A stretch of DNA of 64,000 bases, taken from contig CAYSBC010000001.1 in assembly GCA_964429195.1 (NCBI GenBank), positions 2,150 through 66,149 on the forward strand, written 5' to 3'. Each line of letters opens with the position of its first letter. Positions within the stretch are counted from its first letter, which is position 1. Made by a program: the position numbers and the translations under genes. Positions 39,086 to 50,038 of this stretch are shown in pieces. Below the pieces are notes generated by a model. It saw only the letters and a program-made list of their open reading frames with translations. It ran no database searches and had not been told where the DNA came from. The DNA comes from an uncultured Eubacteriales bacterium. Its GTDB lineage: Bacteria; Bacillota; Clostridia; Peptostreptococcales; JAAYPU01.

Positions 39086-39982
39086 TTATTTCAGTCTGTC
39101 AAAATACTCCTTAACTTCTAATTCTGACCTCATATTTTCTAATTTCTCAACAAATTTTTCTTCATATAAAATAGATACGATATCTTCATAAATTTCTTCT
39201 AACTCGATTTGTCTTGTTCTCTTATCAAAGCTTTTTATAATATGATAACCGAATTGACTTTGTACGATGTCACTTGTTTCTCCAGGTTCCAGCGCAAAAG
39301 CAGCTAAACCGAAAGGTACTACCATTTTTTCCTGTACAAAATAACCTAAGTCACCACCATTAGCTGCACTACCATCAATAGAGTGCTCTTTTGCTAATTC
39401 TGCAAAATCTTCGCCTGCTTCTATTTTTGCTAATATTTCCTTGGCCTCTTCCTCTTTAGTAACTAAGATATGGCTTGCCTTTACTTCATCAACAAGATAT
39501 TCTTCTTGATGTTCTTCATAATATTTTTCTGTTGCCAGATCCAAATCCCCTATTGCCTCTGTTATTTCTTCTGATAACTTCATCATATAATACTGACTAT
39601 AGAATAATTCTTGAAGAGTTTGTTCCTCTATACCATTATCCTCCATATATTGAGTAGCGTTTTCATCAGCCCTTATTTGTTCTATATAGGCTTCATATTG
39701 AGTCTGGGTTTCTTCATCTATCTCAATTCCATTTTTCTTCATATATTGAGTAATGATTTCCATATCAACAATCTCTTTTAAAATACCGCTTTTAGCTTCT
39801 TTATCGGTACTTGCTCCTGTATTCGCATTACTGTATATGGCGAGGTATTGATCCAATTTTGCCAGAGTAATCGTTTCTTCCTCTACGCTAGCCAAGATTA
39901 CTTTTTCCGGGTCCTGAGAGCATCCTATTAATCCCACTATCATTAACCCAATTAAGACAACTATTAATATTTTCTTTTTCAT
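39086..39982 (-). CDS. prsA: Parvulin-type peptidyl-prolyl isomerase lipoprotein (PrsA-like foldase)
   Basis: 298 aa with lipobox 'LIGCSQ' and a parvulin domain ('ASHILV...', 'GGDLGYF', 'SQFGYHIIK'). Confidence 0.8.
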   Translation of the reverse strand: MKKKILIVVLIGLMIVGLIGCSQDPEKVILASVEEETITLAKLDQYLAIYSNANTGASTDKEAKSGILKEIVDMEIITQYMKKNGIEIDEETQTQYEAYIEQIRADENATQYMEDNGIEEQTLQELFYSQYYMMKLSEEITEAIGDLDLATEKYYEEHQEEYLVDEVKASHILVTKEEEAKEILAKIEAGEDFAELAKEHSIDGSAANGGDLGYFVQEKMVVPFGLAAFALEPGETSDIVQSQFGYHIIKSFDKRTRQIELEEIYEDIVSILYEEKFVEKLENMRSELEVKEYFDRLK

Positions 39983-40081
39983 ATCTTTCTCCCTTCGTGT
40001 AGCATTGAGCAGACCTTACTATTATAGCTTATTTCATGTATAAATTAAAGTTATTTTGATTGATTCCCATTGGATAAATTA

Positions 40082-43000
40082 TCAAGCTGTTGGTTCTTCA
40101 TGCATTAATTGCTGTAAAAGCACAATAATACTTTTTACTCTATCTTCAGATGCTTTATGAATATACTTTATAGCAGGCCTTATACTACCACTCAAAGCTA
40201 TCCGGGTTTTATACTTTTCAATCAACCGGCTTATTTTAAAAGGTGTAAGCGCATTTTTTTCGTGGAATTCAAATAAGAGAGCTCCTCTTAATTCAGAAAC
40301 CCTGCTAATTCCCAAAATCTCAGCCATTGATTTGATATAAGCTATGTCCATAAGGTTATAAACCTCCGGTCTCAGATCTCCAAAACGGTCTATTAATTCA
40401 TCTTCTACTTCTTTTGCCCTTTCCATATTGTCAATATAGGCTATCTTCTTATACATCTCTATTCTCGTGAATTCATCTTCTATATAATTTTTGGGAATAT
40501 AGGCATCAATGGTTATCTCAATGGATACCTCTGTTGTTAAACGATTTATTTTTCTTCCTTGCAGCTCCTGAACTGTTTCCTCTAAAAGCTTACAATACAA
40601 TTCATACCCAATCATAGCCATATGACCATGTTGCTCTGTACCCAGAAGATTCCCTGCCCCTCTTATTTCTAAATCCCGCATAGCAATTTTAAAACCTGAT
40701 CCGAACTCGGTAAATTCTTTAATGGCTCTCAGTCTTTTTTCAGATTGCTCTGTAAGAATCTTGTCCTTTTGATACACAAAATAGGCGTAAGCCATTCTGT
40801 TGGATCTGCCTACTCTGCCTCTAAGTTGGTAAAGCTGGGATAACCCAAATTTATCAGCATCGTAAATGATAATCGTATTCACATTAGGCATATCAATTCC
40901 GGACTCAATAATGGTAGTACAGACTAAGACGTTATATTTTTTTTCAATGAAGTCAATGACAATATCTTCTAATTCTTTTTCTTTCATTTGTCCGTGGGCA
41001 ACAGCAACTGAAATTTCAGGAATAAATTCTTGCAATCTTGCGGCTATCCTTCTTATTCCTTTGACTCGATTAAATAAAAAGAAAACCTGCCCTCCCCTTT
41101 CAATTTCACGAAGAATGGCTTCCCTTATAATATCCTCTTCATACTCGACAACTAAAGTTTGGACAGGGAATCTTTCTTCCGGGGGCTCTTGTATAACGCT
41201 CATCTCCCGAAGTCCTATTAAGGACATATGGAGAGTTCTTGGAATAGGCGTAGCAGATAGGGTTAATACATCCACATGCTTTTTTATCATTTTAATCGCT
41301 TCTTTATGTTGGACACCAAATTTTTGTTCTTCATCAACAATTAACAAACCCAAATTTTTAAAGGCAACATCCTTAGAAAACAAGCGATGTGTCCCTATAA
41401 GTATATCCACACTGCCTTCTTTAACCTTCTTAATAATCTTCTGTTGCTCACTTTCCGTTTTAAATCGACTGAGCATTTCTATCGTAATGGGAAAATCCTT
41501 AAAGCGGTTTTTAAAAGTATTGTAATGCTGATTAGCTAAGATAGTTGTCGGTACTAATACTGCAGCTTGCTTACTATCTGAAATACACTTGAATATAACG
41601 CGCATAGCTACTTCGGTCTTTCCATATCCCACGTCACCACACAAAAGCCTATCCATAGGAATATTCTTTTCCATATCCCTTTTGATTTCTTCGGTGCATA
41701 GTAGCTGGTCTGTAGTTTCCTCATATTCAAAAGCATCCTCAAATTGCTTCTGCCATTCTGTATCTTTTGAAAAAGCAAAACCCTTTTCAGCATTTCTGAT
41801 AGCATTTAATTCAAGCAGTTCTTTAGCCATCTCTTTAATGGCGCCTTCAACCTTACCTTTTACACGTTTCCACTCTGCTCCGCCCATCTTGTTAATCTTA
41901 GGATGATAGGTATCTGAACCAATATATTTTTGTACCAAATTTAGCTGCTCAACAGGAACATAAAGCATATCTTCCCCGGCATACTTTATTTTGATATAAT
42001 CCCTTTTAATATTCTGAACCTTCAATTGTTCTACGCCTAAGTATTTTCCTATACCGTGATCCTCATGTACAACATAATCACCCACATTTAAATCTGAAAA
42101 AACTTTTATTTGTTTCTGATCTTTGGCTCTTTTAGGTGTCTTTTTAGACTTGCTGTGACCAAAAATATCCTTATCTGAAATGATGACTATTTTATCCTTG
42201 GTATAAGCGAAACCTTGGCTTAAGTTACCTTTTCCTATAACAATTTGCCCAGGTTTCATGGACTCGACATGAGAATAGTAGAGCAATATATCTTCTATAT
42301 TGTGAATCATAAAAAAATTTTTCAGATTATTAACTCTTTCCTCTGTGGAGCATATGATGAAAATTTTATATTTTTCTGCAATATAAGTCTTTATCTCTCT
42401 CTCAAACAAATCCATTCTTCCTTGGAAATTTGGTATAGACTTTGTTTGAATATCCTTATTGTATGCATAGGTAAAGCCTTCTAAAGGTTTCATAAAAGGC
42501 ATGAAAAAGAATGTTGTCGTGCTTTGATACATTTTCCTAAAGTCATGACTATCGTAAATAATATTAAAATCTTCAGGTACTGTTTCGCCTTTTTCCAACA
42601 GATATTGAAAATCCTCGGTTAACTCTTTATGCATTGCCCCTATTTTTTCTTCAATTCTTGCCGGATCCTCAATAATAAGGAGGCTGCCCTTTTCCATGTA
42701 GTCCTTTAACAATTCATTTTCTTCGTAAAAGTATTGTATATAGTTTTCAAATATTTGCATGTTATCCCTTGCTTCAAGAGACTGCAGAAATTTGTTTTTT
42801 CTATCTATTAAACGGGCCTTACTCGTTTCTTGTAATCTGCTGGCTTGTTTATTATATATTTTCTCAATTATTTTTTTCCCTTTATGAATCTCTTTATCCT
42901 CAACCAAGAACTCCTGAGCTGGGAAAATAGATATTTCTCCCAGATTTTCTATGGATCGATGGGAATCTAAGTCAAACTTTCGGATAGAATCTATTTCCAC

Positions 43001-43600
43001 ATCAAATAATTCAATACGATAAGGGTAATCGGATCCCATAACAAAAATATCAATAATTCCACCACGGAGACTGTATTGACCCCTAGATTCGATCTCTCTG
43101 CTTCTTTCGTAACCCAAACTGACTAATGTTTCAAGGAAATGTCCCAAATCCAGTTGATCCCCAACTTTTAGAAAAAGAATATTTTTTATAAAGGAGTTTT
43201 TAGGAATCATTTTTTTCATAGCTGCTTCCACTGAGCAGACCAGGATACAAGTTTCACCCCCTAATACCTTAGCTATTATTTCAAGCCTTTTTTCTAATAA
43301 ACTATGACTTTTGGCATCGTACTTGAAAAAGAAAGGCACCTGACCCGACATATAGTAGGCCTTCTTGTCCGTAAAAAAATTAATGTCTTCAGACAATTGC
43401 TTGGCTCTATTATCATTAGCAGTAATGACCAGGCACTGTTTATTATATTTTTCTATTATCTGAGATACAATATGAGCTTCTCCACTACCAAGAACATCCC
43501 CAAAAACTATTTGGCTATTAGCACTGTTCTTGATCTTGCTTATGTGCTGAAGTGCTTCATTATCGCAGGTCTCTCTTAGAAAAAGTCTATTAATCATCAT
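40082..43600 (-). CDS. mfd: Transcription-repair coupling factor
   Basis: 1172 aa with 'LLCGDVGYGKTEVA', a 'VDEEQKFGV' DEEQ box, a 'GQVFFLFNRV' helicase C domain and a CarD-like RNAP-interaction domain ('GDYVVHEDHGIGKY'). Confidence 0.97.
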   Translation of the reverse strand: MMINRLFLRETCDNEALQHISKIKNSANSQIVFGDVLGSGEAHIVSQIIEKYNKQCLVITANDNRAKQLSEDINFFTDKKAYYMSGQVPFFFKYDAKSHSLLEKRLEIIAKVLGGETCILVCSVEAAMKKMIPKNSFIKNILFLKVGDQLDLGHFLETLVSLGYERSREIESRGQYSLRGGIIDIFVMGSDYPYRIELFDVEIDSIRKFDLDSHRSIENLGEISIFPAQEFLVEDKEIHKGKKIIEKIYNKQASRLQETSKARLIDRKNKFLQSLEARDNMQIFENYIQYFYEENELLKDYMEKGSLLIIEDPARIEEKIGAMHKELTEDFQYLLEKGETVPEDFNIIYDSHDFRKMYQSTTTFFFMPFMKPLEGFTYAYNKDIQTKSIPNFQGRMDLFEREIKTYIAEKYKIFIICSTEERVNNLKNFFMIHNIEDILLYYSHVESMKPGQIVIGKGNLSQGFAYTKDKIVIISDKDIFGHSKSKKTPKRAKDQKQIKVFSDLNVGDYVVHEDHGIGKYLGVEQLKVQNIKRDYIKIKYAGEDMLYVPVEQLNLVQKYIGSDTYHPKINKMGGAEWKRVKGKVEGAIKEMAKELLELNAIRNAEKGFAFSKDTEWQKQFEDAFEYEETTDQLLCTEEIKRDMEKNIPMDRLLCGDVGYGKTEVAMRVIFKCISDSKQAAVLVPTTILANQHYNTFKNRFKDFPITIEMLSRFKTESEQQKIIKKVKEGSVDILIGTHRLFSKDVAFKNLGLLIVDEEQKFGVQHKEAIKMIKKHVDVLTLSATPIPRTLHMSLIGLREMSVIQEPPEERFPVQTLVVEYEEDIIREAILREIERGGQVFFLFNRVKGIRRIAARLQEFIPEISVAVAHGQMKEKELEDIVIDFIEKKYNVLVCTTIIESGIDMPNVNTIIIYDADKFGLSQLYQLRGRVGRSNRMAYAYFVYQKDKILTEQSEKRLRAIKEFTEFGSGFKIAMRDLEIRGAGNLLGTEQHGHMAMIGYELYCKLLEETVQELQGRKINRLTTEVSIEITIDAYIPKNYIEDEFTRIEMYKKIAYIDNMERAKEVEDELIDRFGDLRPEVYNLMDIAYIKSMAEILGISRVSELRGALLFEFHEKNALTPFKISRLIEKYKTRIALSGSIRPAIKYIHKASEDRVKSIIVLLQQLMHEEPTA

Positions 43601-43669
43601 TCACCTCTATGGAAAAAGGCACATCCCATTTCATTCTTCGATGCACCTCATAACTTCTAAATACCTATC

Positions 43670-44224
43670 TTAATTATATTCATTCATAGCGTTGTCTATA
43701 CCCTTTTCAAGGATAGCTTCAATGGCCTTCTGCACTTTGATGATAGCATCTTCCATTGTCTTCGTTTCATCCGGTTTAAATCTAGAAAGAACATAGTTCT
43801 CTAATTTTATGTCCTTGTCCCTTCCTATGCCAATTCTTACCCTGCAAAATTCATCCGATTGCAAATCATAAATGACAGATTTCATACCATTGTGAGTACC
43901 GGCGCTACCCTTTTTTCGTATCCTAACGCTTCCTGTATCAATATCAATATCATCATAAACAAGGATTAATTTGTCTAAATCGATTTTATAATACTCCAAG
44001 GCTTCCCTGACACTATGACCACTTAAGTTCATATAGGTTTGGGGCTTTAACAGCAGAACCTTTTGTCCTGCTATCATGCCTTCACCCAATAACCCTTTGT
44101 GCTTTATCTTATTTATAGGGATATGATGCTTATCAGCAAGATAATCGATAGCCATAAAACCTGCATTATGCCTTGTATTCTGATATTCCCTTCCCGGATT
44201 TCCCAATCCTACAATAAGGTACAT
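43670..44224 (-). CDS. pth: Peptidyl-tRNA hydrolase
   Basis: 'MYLIVGLGNPG..YQNTRHNAGF'. The start is set at the internal ATG (44224), which has an AAGGAG RBS; the ORF-track start at 44260 would overlap prs. Confidence 0.95.
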   Translation of the reverse strand: MYLIVGLGNPGREYQNTRHNAGFMAIDYLADKHHIPINKIKHKGLLGEGMIAGQKVLLLKPQTYMNLSGHSVREALEYYKIDLDKLILVYDDIDIDTGSVRIRKKGSAGTHNGMKSVIYDLQSDEFCRVRIGIGRDKDIKLENYVLSRFKPDETKTMEDAIIKVQKAIEAILEKGIDNAMNEYN

Positions 44225-44252
44225 ATCCTCACACTCCTTGTATAACAGCTTA

Positions 44253-45200
44253 TTAATCAAAAAGCTTACTTACTGATTCATTGGAGTAGATTCTTCTTAT
44301 AGCCTCAGCAAATATCGGAGCTACAGATAAGTACTTAATTTTATCTATTTTCTTTCTTTCAGGAACTTGAATCGTATTGAGTAGTACCATCTCATCAATA
44401 ATGGAGTCTTGTATTCTTTCGATGGCAGGTCCGGATAAAACCGGATGAGTTGCTGCCGCATATATTTTTTGAGCACCCAATTCCTTTAAGGCTAAAGCCC
44501 CACTTGTAATTGTTCCTGCAGTATCAACCATATCATCCAATAGTATGATGTTTTTGCCCTTTATATCTCCTATAATGTTCATCACTTCGGATACATTGGG
44601 TTTTGGTCTTCTCTTATCAATGATGGCGATGGGTGCATCTAATTGGGCAGCAAAATTTCTGGCCCTTGAAACACTGCCCATATCCGGTGAAACTATAACA
44701 AGATTTTCAAGTTGCAATTTTTTAAAATATCTTGATAAAATAGGTGAACCAAGTAGCATATCTACCGGTATATCAAAATATCCCTGTATTTGAGATGCGT
44801 GTAAGTCCATGGTTAAAAGTCTATCAGCGCCGGCACTGGTAATGAGATTGGCTACTAATTTTGCTGTAATCGGATCTCTTGCCTTTGCCTTTCTATCCTG
44901 TCTTGCGTAACCATAGTAGGGAACGACTGCTGTGATTCTTCCTGCTGAAGCTCTTTTCATAGCATCAATCATGATTAGTAATTCCATGAGGTTATTGTTT
45001 ACAGGTTCATTGGTTGATTGTATGATAAACACGTCAGCACCTCTAACAGTTTCATTGATATTTACTGTTATTTCTCCATCACTAAATGTAGTTACTTCTG
45101 CATCTCCTACATAGGTTCCTAGGCACTCTACAATTTCCTTCGCTAGGCATGGATTAGAATTACCTGAAAAAATCTTAACATTATTGGTAAAAAACTTCAT
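44253..45200 (-). CDS. prs: Ribose-phosphate pyrophosphokinase
   Basis: 315 aa with '[10 protein letters not shown]', '[16 protein letters not shown]' and '[12 protein letters not shown]'. Confidence 0.97.
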   Translation of the reverse strand: MKFFTNNVKIFSGNSNPCLAKEIVECLGTYVGDAEVTTFSDGEITVNINETVRGADVFIIQSTNEPVNNNLMELLIMIDAMKRASAGRITAVVPYYGYARQDRKAKARDPITAKLVANLITSAGADRLLTMDLHASQIQGYFDIPVDMLLGSPILSRYFKKLQLENLVIVSPDMGSVSRARNFAAQLDAPIAIIDKRRPKPNVSEVMNIIGDIKGKNIILLDDMVDTAGTITSGALALKELGAQKIYAAATHPVLSGPAIERIQDSIIDEMVLLNTIQVPERKKIDKIKYLSVAPIFAEAIRRIYSNESVSKLFD

Positions 45201-46582
45201 TTTGCACCTCCCGTTTCTTTGGATTTATTTCTTCTCCAACCTTGTATTATCCTTTGTTTTACTCTTCCCACACAAAGGCTGTCTTCAGGAACTTCCATAG
45301 TAACAGTTGTTCCCGCTGCTACGTAACCGCCTTTTTTTATGACAACTGGTGCTACTAGATTTGAATTGCTTCCTACAAAAGCACCGTCCTCAACAATAGA
45401 TTTAAACTTATCTTTACCATTATAATTAACAAAGATGACACCACAACCTATATTGACATTCTCGCCAATCTCACCATCTCCAATATAGGCCAGATGAGAA
45501 GCTTTGCTTTTATTTCCTATACGGCTGTTCTTAACCTCAACAAAATCCCCTATCTTAACATCTTCTCCTATGTGACTATGGGGTCTTAAGTATGCAAAAG
45601 GACCAATTGTACTTCTTTTTCCTACCTGACTGTCAAGGATGACTGAGTTTTGAATCTCCACATCATTTTCTATGATTGAATTTTCAATTCTGGAATTTTG
45701 CCCAATGATACAGTTTTCTCCTATTCTTGTTTGCCGAGATAAAATGACTCCCGGGAAAATACAGGTATCCCTGCCAATAGAAACACCCTTATCAATATAA
45801 GCGTGATCAGGATCTATAAAGGTCACTCCTTTTATCATCCATTCTTCCACTATATTATATCGCATTATTCTTTCTGCTTCAGCTAATTGTACCCTATTGT
45901 TAATCCCCATGATTTCAAAGCTGTCATCGATTAAATAGCTATTGACCTTACAATTATCTTTTACAGCTATGGCTACAAGATCAGGTAAATAATATTCTCT
46001 TTGGTTGTTATTGTTATCTACATTTTTTAAATTATCCTTTAAAAATGCGGTATCAAAACAATAGACGCCGGAATTGACCTCTTGTGTTTTTAATTCCTCT
46101 TCTGTGCCGTCTTTTTCTTCTACAATTTTTAACAGATTGCCTTTTTCATCTTTTATGATTCTTCCATAACCAAAAGGGTCTTCCATGATTGCTGTGAGTA
46201 CGGATACACTGTTCCCGCTTTGATGATGATACTCGATAAAGGTTTTTAAAGTACTTTCCTTTATTAGCGGCATATCTCCGCATAATACAACTGTATTTCC
46301 TCCGTCCGGGATAGATTCTTCTGCTTGAAGAACTGCATGGGCTGTGCCTAATAGTTCAGTTTGAATGGCAAAGGTTACATGCATCTTTTCTAATTCTTCT
46401 TTTACTTGATCCGCACCATTGCCGACAACAACGATGATATCCTCTATTCCCGAATCTTTGACAGTACTGATAACATGATTGATCATGCTGTATCCGCAAA
46501 GCTTATGTAATACCTTGGGTATATTTGATTTCATCCTTGTTCCGGCCCCAGCAGCTAATATGACAGCTGTATTATTCTTCAT
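45197..46582 (-). CDS. glmU: Bifunctional UDP-N-acetylglucosamine diphosphorylase / glucosamine-1-phosphate N-acetyltransferase
   Basis: 461 aa with '[13 protein letters not shown]' and C-terminal left-handed beta-helix hexapeptide repeats. Confidence 0.97.
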   Translation of the reverse strand: MKNNTAVILAAGAGTRMKSNIPKVLHKLCGYSMINHVISTVKDSGIEDIIVVVGNGADQVKEELEKMHVTFAIQTELLGTAHAVLQAEESIPDGGNTVVLCGDMPLIKESTLKTFIEYHHQSGNSVSVLTAIMEDPFGYGRIIKDEKGNLLKIVEEKDGTEEELKTQEVNSGVYCFDTAFLKDNLKNVDNNNNQREYYLPDLVAIAVKDNCKVNSYLIDDSFEIMGINNRVQLAEAERIMRYNIVEEWMIKGVTFIDPDHAYIDKGVSIGRDTCIFPGVILSRQTRIGENCIIGQNSRIENSIIENDVEIQNSVILDSQVGKRSTIGPFAYLRPHSHIGEDVKIGDFVEVKNSRIGNKSKASHLAYIGDGEIGENVNIGCGVIFVNYNGKDKFKSIVEDGAFVGSNSNLVAPVVIKKGGYVAAGTTVTMEVPEDSLCVGRVKQRIIQGWRRNKSKETGGAK

Positions 46583-46645
46583 TTTTCACACTCCTCATTG
46601 ATAGAATACAATCCCTAGTTATCAGTCGAGCTTACTGCATTGATA

Positions 46646-46654
46646 ATTATATCA
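46646..46654 (-). promoter_or_regulatory. Extended -10 promoter element (TGaTATAAT) upstream of glmU
   Basis: The minus strand reads aaaagTGaTATAATtatc about 60 nt upstream of the glmU ATG, just downstream of the spoVG terminator. Confidence 0.4.
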
Positions 46655-46671
46655 CTTTTTATGTGTTATAA

Positions 46672-46710
46672 AAAGAAAAAGATCAATTCTCTGTAGAATT
46701 CGATCTTCTT
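46672..46710 (-). terminator. Rho-independent terminator of spoVG
   Basis: Imperfect hairpin AAGATCGAATTC...GAATTGATCTT (minus-strand reading), followed by TTTTTCTTTTT. Confidence 0.6.
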
Positions 46711-46848
46711 ATCAGTCATTCGAGTATTGAGTGTATTTTTGCATGAAAAATATACAAATCAAAGATTGATGATGATTTGTGATTTTTGGTGCATAAGCCG
46801 CCCTCAATTTTTTTAAAATTTTGGCGTAATATCGTGGGAGTTAAGTGT

Positions 46849-47142
46849 CTATTCTTCTTTTTCTGATGCTTGCGCTATTTCAAGCTCGGCCTTTACTTTA
46901 TCATATTGTTCAAAAATGGCATCTTTTATTTTATTTCTTGTTTCTGAATTTAATGGATGTGTAATGTCTCTAAAGTCGCCTTCTCCCATTTTTCTACTCG
47001 GCATAGCAATAAAAAGTCCATTCTGACCTTCTATAATTTTGATGTCATGAACAACAAATTCATCATCAAAAGTTACAGATACAATAGCCTTCATCTTTCC
47101 TTCGTCACTTACTTTTCTAACCCTCACATCGGTTACTTGCAT
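46849..47142 (-). CDS. spoVG: Septation/sporulation regulator SpoVG
   Basis: 97 aa. '[11 protein letters not shown]...[23 protein letters not shown]...[13 protein letters not shown]' is highly similar to Bacillus SpoVG. Confidence 0.97.
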   Translation of the reverse strand: MQVTDVRVRKVSDEGKMKAIVSVTFDDEFVVHDIKIIEGQNGLFIAMPSRKMGEGDFRDITHPLNSETRNKIKDAIFEQYDKVKAELEIAQASEKEE

Positions 47143-47204
47143 ACACGATCACCTCTCCAGTCCTTCATGAATAGTTTTATTTGAAATTAACCTGCCAGTT
47201 TTTT

Positions 47205-47236
47205 TAATATTCGACATATTCCGTGAACTTCCTTTT
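47205..47236 (-). promoter_or_regulatory. Sigma-H-like promoter upstream of spoVG
   Basis: The minus strand reads AAAGGAAgt-(17 nt from AGGA to GAAT)-cGAATAtt. AGGA is at 47230..47233 and GAAT at 47209..47212. The spacing equals that of the Bacillus spoVG sigma-H promoter as I recall it. Confidence 0.35.
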
Positions 47237-47377
47237 TTTTTGATAAAGTTTTTTTAAAAAACTTTTAATGAATGGTCTCCTTGTAACTTAATTTAACGAA
47301 TAGCATATCATGGTAGGGCAGAATGTTTTTAATTGAATCAATATAATTTTATTTAATTATAAACTTTATTCAGATTG

Positions 47378-47386
47378 TGGTATAAT
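47378..47386 (+). promoter_or_regulatory. Extended -10 promoter element (TGgTATAAT) upstream of murC
   Basis: attgTGgTATAATtt lies about 55 nt upstream of the murC ATG. No good -35 is visible. Confidence 0.4.
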
Positions 47387-47439
47387 TTATCAATGAAATC
47401 ACATGCTAAACTTTATCTACTAAACTCGGAGGTGCATTT

Positions 47440-48828
47440 ATGATATTTTTATCAGATACCATCAAGCATGTCTATTGTATAGGCATAGGCGGAATAGGTC
47501 TTAGTGGCATTGCTGAAATCCTTTTACATAGAGGCTACAAAGTTTCCGGAACGGATATAAAACCTACTGAAATAACGGACCATTTAGCAAAAAAAGGTGC
47601 TACTATTTATACAGAACATAAACAGGAAAATATCGTGGGTTGCGATGTTGTTATTTATTCGGCGGCAGTCGCATCGGATAACCCAGAAATAGTTTATGCT
47701 CGTGAACATCATATCCCGGTATTATCTCGTGCAGAAATGTTGGGAATCATTATGAAAGAATATGCGAATAATATAGCCATCTCCGGTACCCATGGAAAAA
47801 CAACCACAACTTCCATGATATCTTTAATTTTATTGGAAAGTTCAATGGATCCTACCATTTTAGTCGGTGGGAATTTAGATAAAATAGGTGGTAATGTTCG
47901 AATCGGGAAGAGTTCTTATTTTATAACAGAGGCTTGTGAATATGTGGATAGTTTCTTAGAATTGCAACCCAAAATAGAGGTTATACTCAATATTGATTCC
48001 GATCATCTCGATTACTTCAAAGATATCGATCATATTGTCAGATCTTTTGAACAATTTGCTAACTTGGTTCCTCAAGATGGTCTTATTATAGCTTACAGAG
48101 CCAATCCTTTTGTTAGCGGTATTATTAATAATGTAAATTGCCCTGTCATTACTTTTGGGTATGACAACAGTTGCGATTATTATGCTGAAAATATTAAATT
48201 CAATTCCAATGGTATGCCATCCTTTGATGTCTTCCACGCAGAGTCTGTTCTTGGAAATATTCAGCTTGCAATTCCGGGTGAACATAATGTCAATAATGCA
48301 CTTGCAGCCATTGCTTGTTGTCATACTTTAGGCATACCTATCAGCTCAATCATAAAATCCCTTGAATCCTTTACCGGTACCGGAAGAAGGTTTGATGTCA
48401 TCGGTGTACTGGATAAGGGTGCAAAAGTCATTGATGACTATGCTCATCATCCTGAGGAAATCAAAGCAACTCTTAAGGCTTGCACCAATATCAAACATAA
48501 TAAACTTTGGTGTATTTTTCAACCCCACACATTTACGCGAACAAAGGCTCTTTTTAATGAATTTATAACAGCCTTTGATGATGCGGATCATATCATACTA
48601 ACCGATATCTATGCAGCTCGGGAAAAAAATATTTATCAGATTAAATCCTCCGATCTGGCGGATGCCATTAAAAACAAATACCCTGATAAGTATGTGCGCT
48701 ACATCTCCAGCTTTGAAGATATTTGTGCAGAAGTCTTGAAGGAATATACTGAAAACGATCTGATTCTAACCATGGGTGCAGGAGATATCTTTAAAGTGGC
48801 AGAAATGTTGGTAGCCAATGAGCCATAA
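47440..48828 (+). CDS. murC: UDP-N-acetylmuramate--L-alanine ligase
   Basis: 462 aa with 'GIGGIGLSGIAE' and 'ISGTHGKTTTTSM'. GGAGG RBS. Confidence 0.95.
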   Translation: MIFLSDTIKHVYCIGIGGIGLSGIAEILLHRGYKVSGTDIKPTEITDHLAKKGATIYTEHKQENIVGCDVVIYSAAVASDNPEIVYAREHHIPVLSRAEMLGIIMKEYANNIAISGTHGKTTTTSMISLILLESSMDPTILVGGNLDKIGGNVRIGKSSYFITEACEYVDSFLELQPKIEVILNIDSDHLDYFKDIDHIVRSFEQFANLVPQDGLIIAYRANPFVSGIINNVNCPVITFGYDNSCDYYAENIKFNSNGMPSFDVFHAESVLGNIQLAIPGEHNVNNALAAIACCHTLGIPISSIIKSLESFTGTGRRFDVIGVLDKGAKVIDDYAHHPEEIKATLKACTNIKHNKLWCIFQPHTFTRTKALFNEFITAFDDADHIILTDIYAAREKNIYQIKSSDLADAIKNKYPDKYVRYISSFEDICAEVLKEYTENDLILTMGAGDIFKVAEMLVANEP

Positions 48829-48832
48829 ATAA

Positions 48833-48866
48833 AAGCGTAAGTGATAAAACTTACGCTTGGTTTTTT
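48833..48866. terminator. Bidirectional terminator between murC and the amidohydrolase gene
   Basis: AAGCGTAAGT (48833..48842) pairs with ACTTACGCTT (48849..48858), followed by GGTTTTTT. An A-rich run lies upstream and serves the minus strand. Confidence 0.8.
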
Positions 48867-48873
48867 ATCGAGA

Positions 48874-50037
48874 TTAATACGTGTTCTTGTAGACAATTTT
48901 CCCATCGATGATTGTCATGAGCACTTTGCTATTCAAATCAAAAGGATGCCTGTCCCAAAGGACTAAATCTGCATCCTTTCCCACTTCTATACTCCCAATC
49001 CTATCAGAGACGCCTAATATCTCCGCAGGGTTGATTGTAATGGCCTTAAGAGCTTCCTCCTCGCCGAGTCCTGCCTTAGCTGCTAAAGCTGCGCAAAGGG
49101 GCAAGTACTGGATAGGAGTAACAGGATGATCTGTCATGATAGCAATCTTAACACCTGATTTTTGCAATATCCCCGCCGTTTCGAATGTTAAGTTCTTAAG
49201 CTCTACCTTGGATCTATCTGTTAAAGCAGGACCAACGATTATTGGGATTCCTTCTTCCCTGAGATATTCAGCTATCAAATGCCCTTCCGTACAATGGTTA
49301 AGAATTAAATCCAAATTAAATTCCTTTGCAATTCGAATAGCTGTAAAGATATCATCTGCCCTGTGAGCATGAACCTTTAAAGGTATTTCCTTCTTTAAAA
49401 CAGGAATTAAAGCTTCCATTTGCATATCAAAGTCCGGATGTTTATCTTCATCATCGGATTCCTTTTTCTCCAAGTACTCTTTGGCATCCATAAAAGTGCC
49501 TCTTAGTAAAGCCGCTGATGCCATCCGTGTCATAGGTGACTTTTCCAAGTCATTATATACTCTTTTGGGATTTTCCCCCAAAGCACATTTCATGGCAGCA
49601 GGGGCTTTCATAATCATATCATCTATCCGTACACCGTAGGTTTTTATAGTTGCCGCTTGTCCACCAATAACATTGGCACTTCCAGGGCCTGTGCATGTCG
49701 CTGTTATACCGCCTTTATAAGCCTCTTCAAATGTTCTGTCCATAGGATTAATGGCATCAATAGCCCGGAGATGCGGTGTTATGGGTTCGGTGGCTTCATT
49801 ACCATCAGCTCCTTCAAACTCGATAGCGTCTTCCCACATTCCAAGATGGCTATGAGCATCTATAAATCCAGGATAAATAGGATACCCTTTCAAATCAAGC
49901 TCTTCTTCATCTTTAGCCTCAATATTTTTGTCAATCTTCTTAATCCTACCTCCCTTGATGACAATATCCATGTTTTCCTTATAGTGACCATCCTTAGTAT
50001 AAACTTTACCATTTCTTAAAATCATATTTTTCTCCAT
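48874..50037 (-). CDS. Amidohydrolase-family metal-dependent hydrolase
   Basis: 387 aa with 'PGFIDAHSHLGMW' (HxH metal motif) and 'GSIEVGKDADLVLW'. Confidence 0.8.
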   Translation of the reverse strand: MEKNMILRNGKVYTKDGHYKENMDIVIKGGRIKKIDKNIEAKDEEELDLKGYPIYPGFIDAHSHLGMWEDAIEFEGADGNEATEPITPHLRAIDAINPMDRTFEEAYKGGITATCTGPGSANVIGGQAATIKTYGVRIDDMIMKAPAAMKCALGENPKRVYNDLEKSPMTRMASAALLRGTFMDAKEYLEKKESDDEDKHPDFDMQMEALIPVLKKEIPLKVHAHRADDIFTAIRIAKEFNLDLILNHCTEGHLIAEYLREEGIPIIVGPALTDRSKVELKNLTFETAGILQKSGVKIAIMTDHPVTPIQYLPLCAALAAKAGLGEEEALKAITINPAEILGVSDRIGSIEVGKDADLVLWDRHPFDLNSKVLMTIIDGKIVYKNTY

Positions 50038-50038
50038 T

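Noticed and set aside
40866-41525. A 219-aa plus-strand ORF, together with many similar 60-140-aa ORFs in the track: 3081..3266, 3555..3890, 5762..5995, 9577..9861, 22254..22676, 31040..31300, 41589..41906, 50064..50408 and 50855..51193.
   Set aside because: All lie entirely antisense to strongly conserved genes (mfd, uvrA, uvrB, recJ, yitT, ilvD, the HAD hydrolase gene, tex). Their translations are low-complexity S/L/I/F-rich with no RBS. They are shadow ORFs typical of AT-rich genomes.
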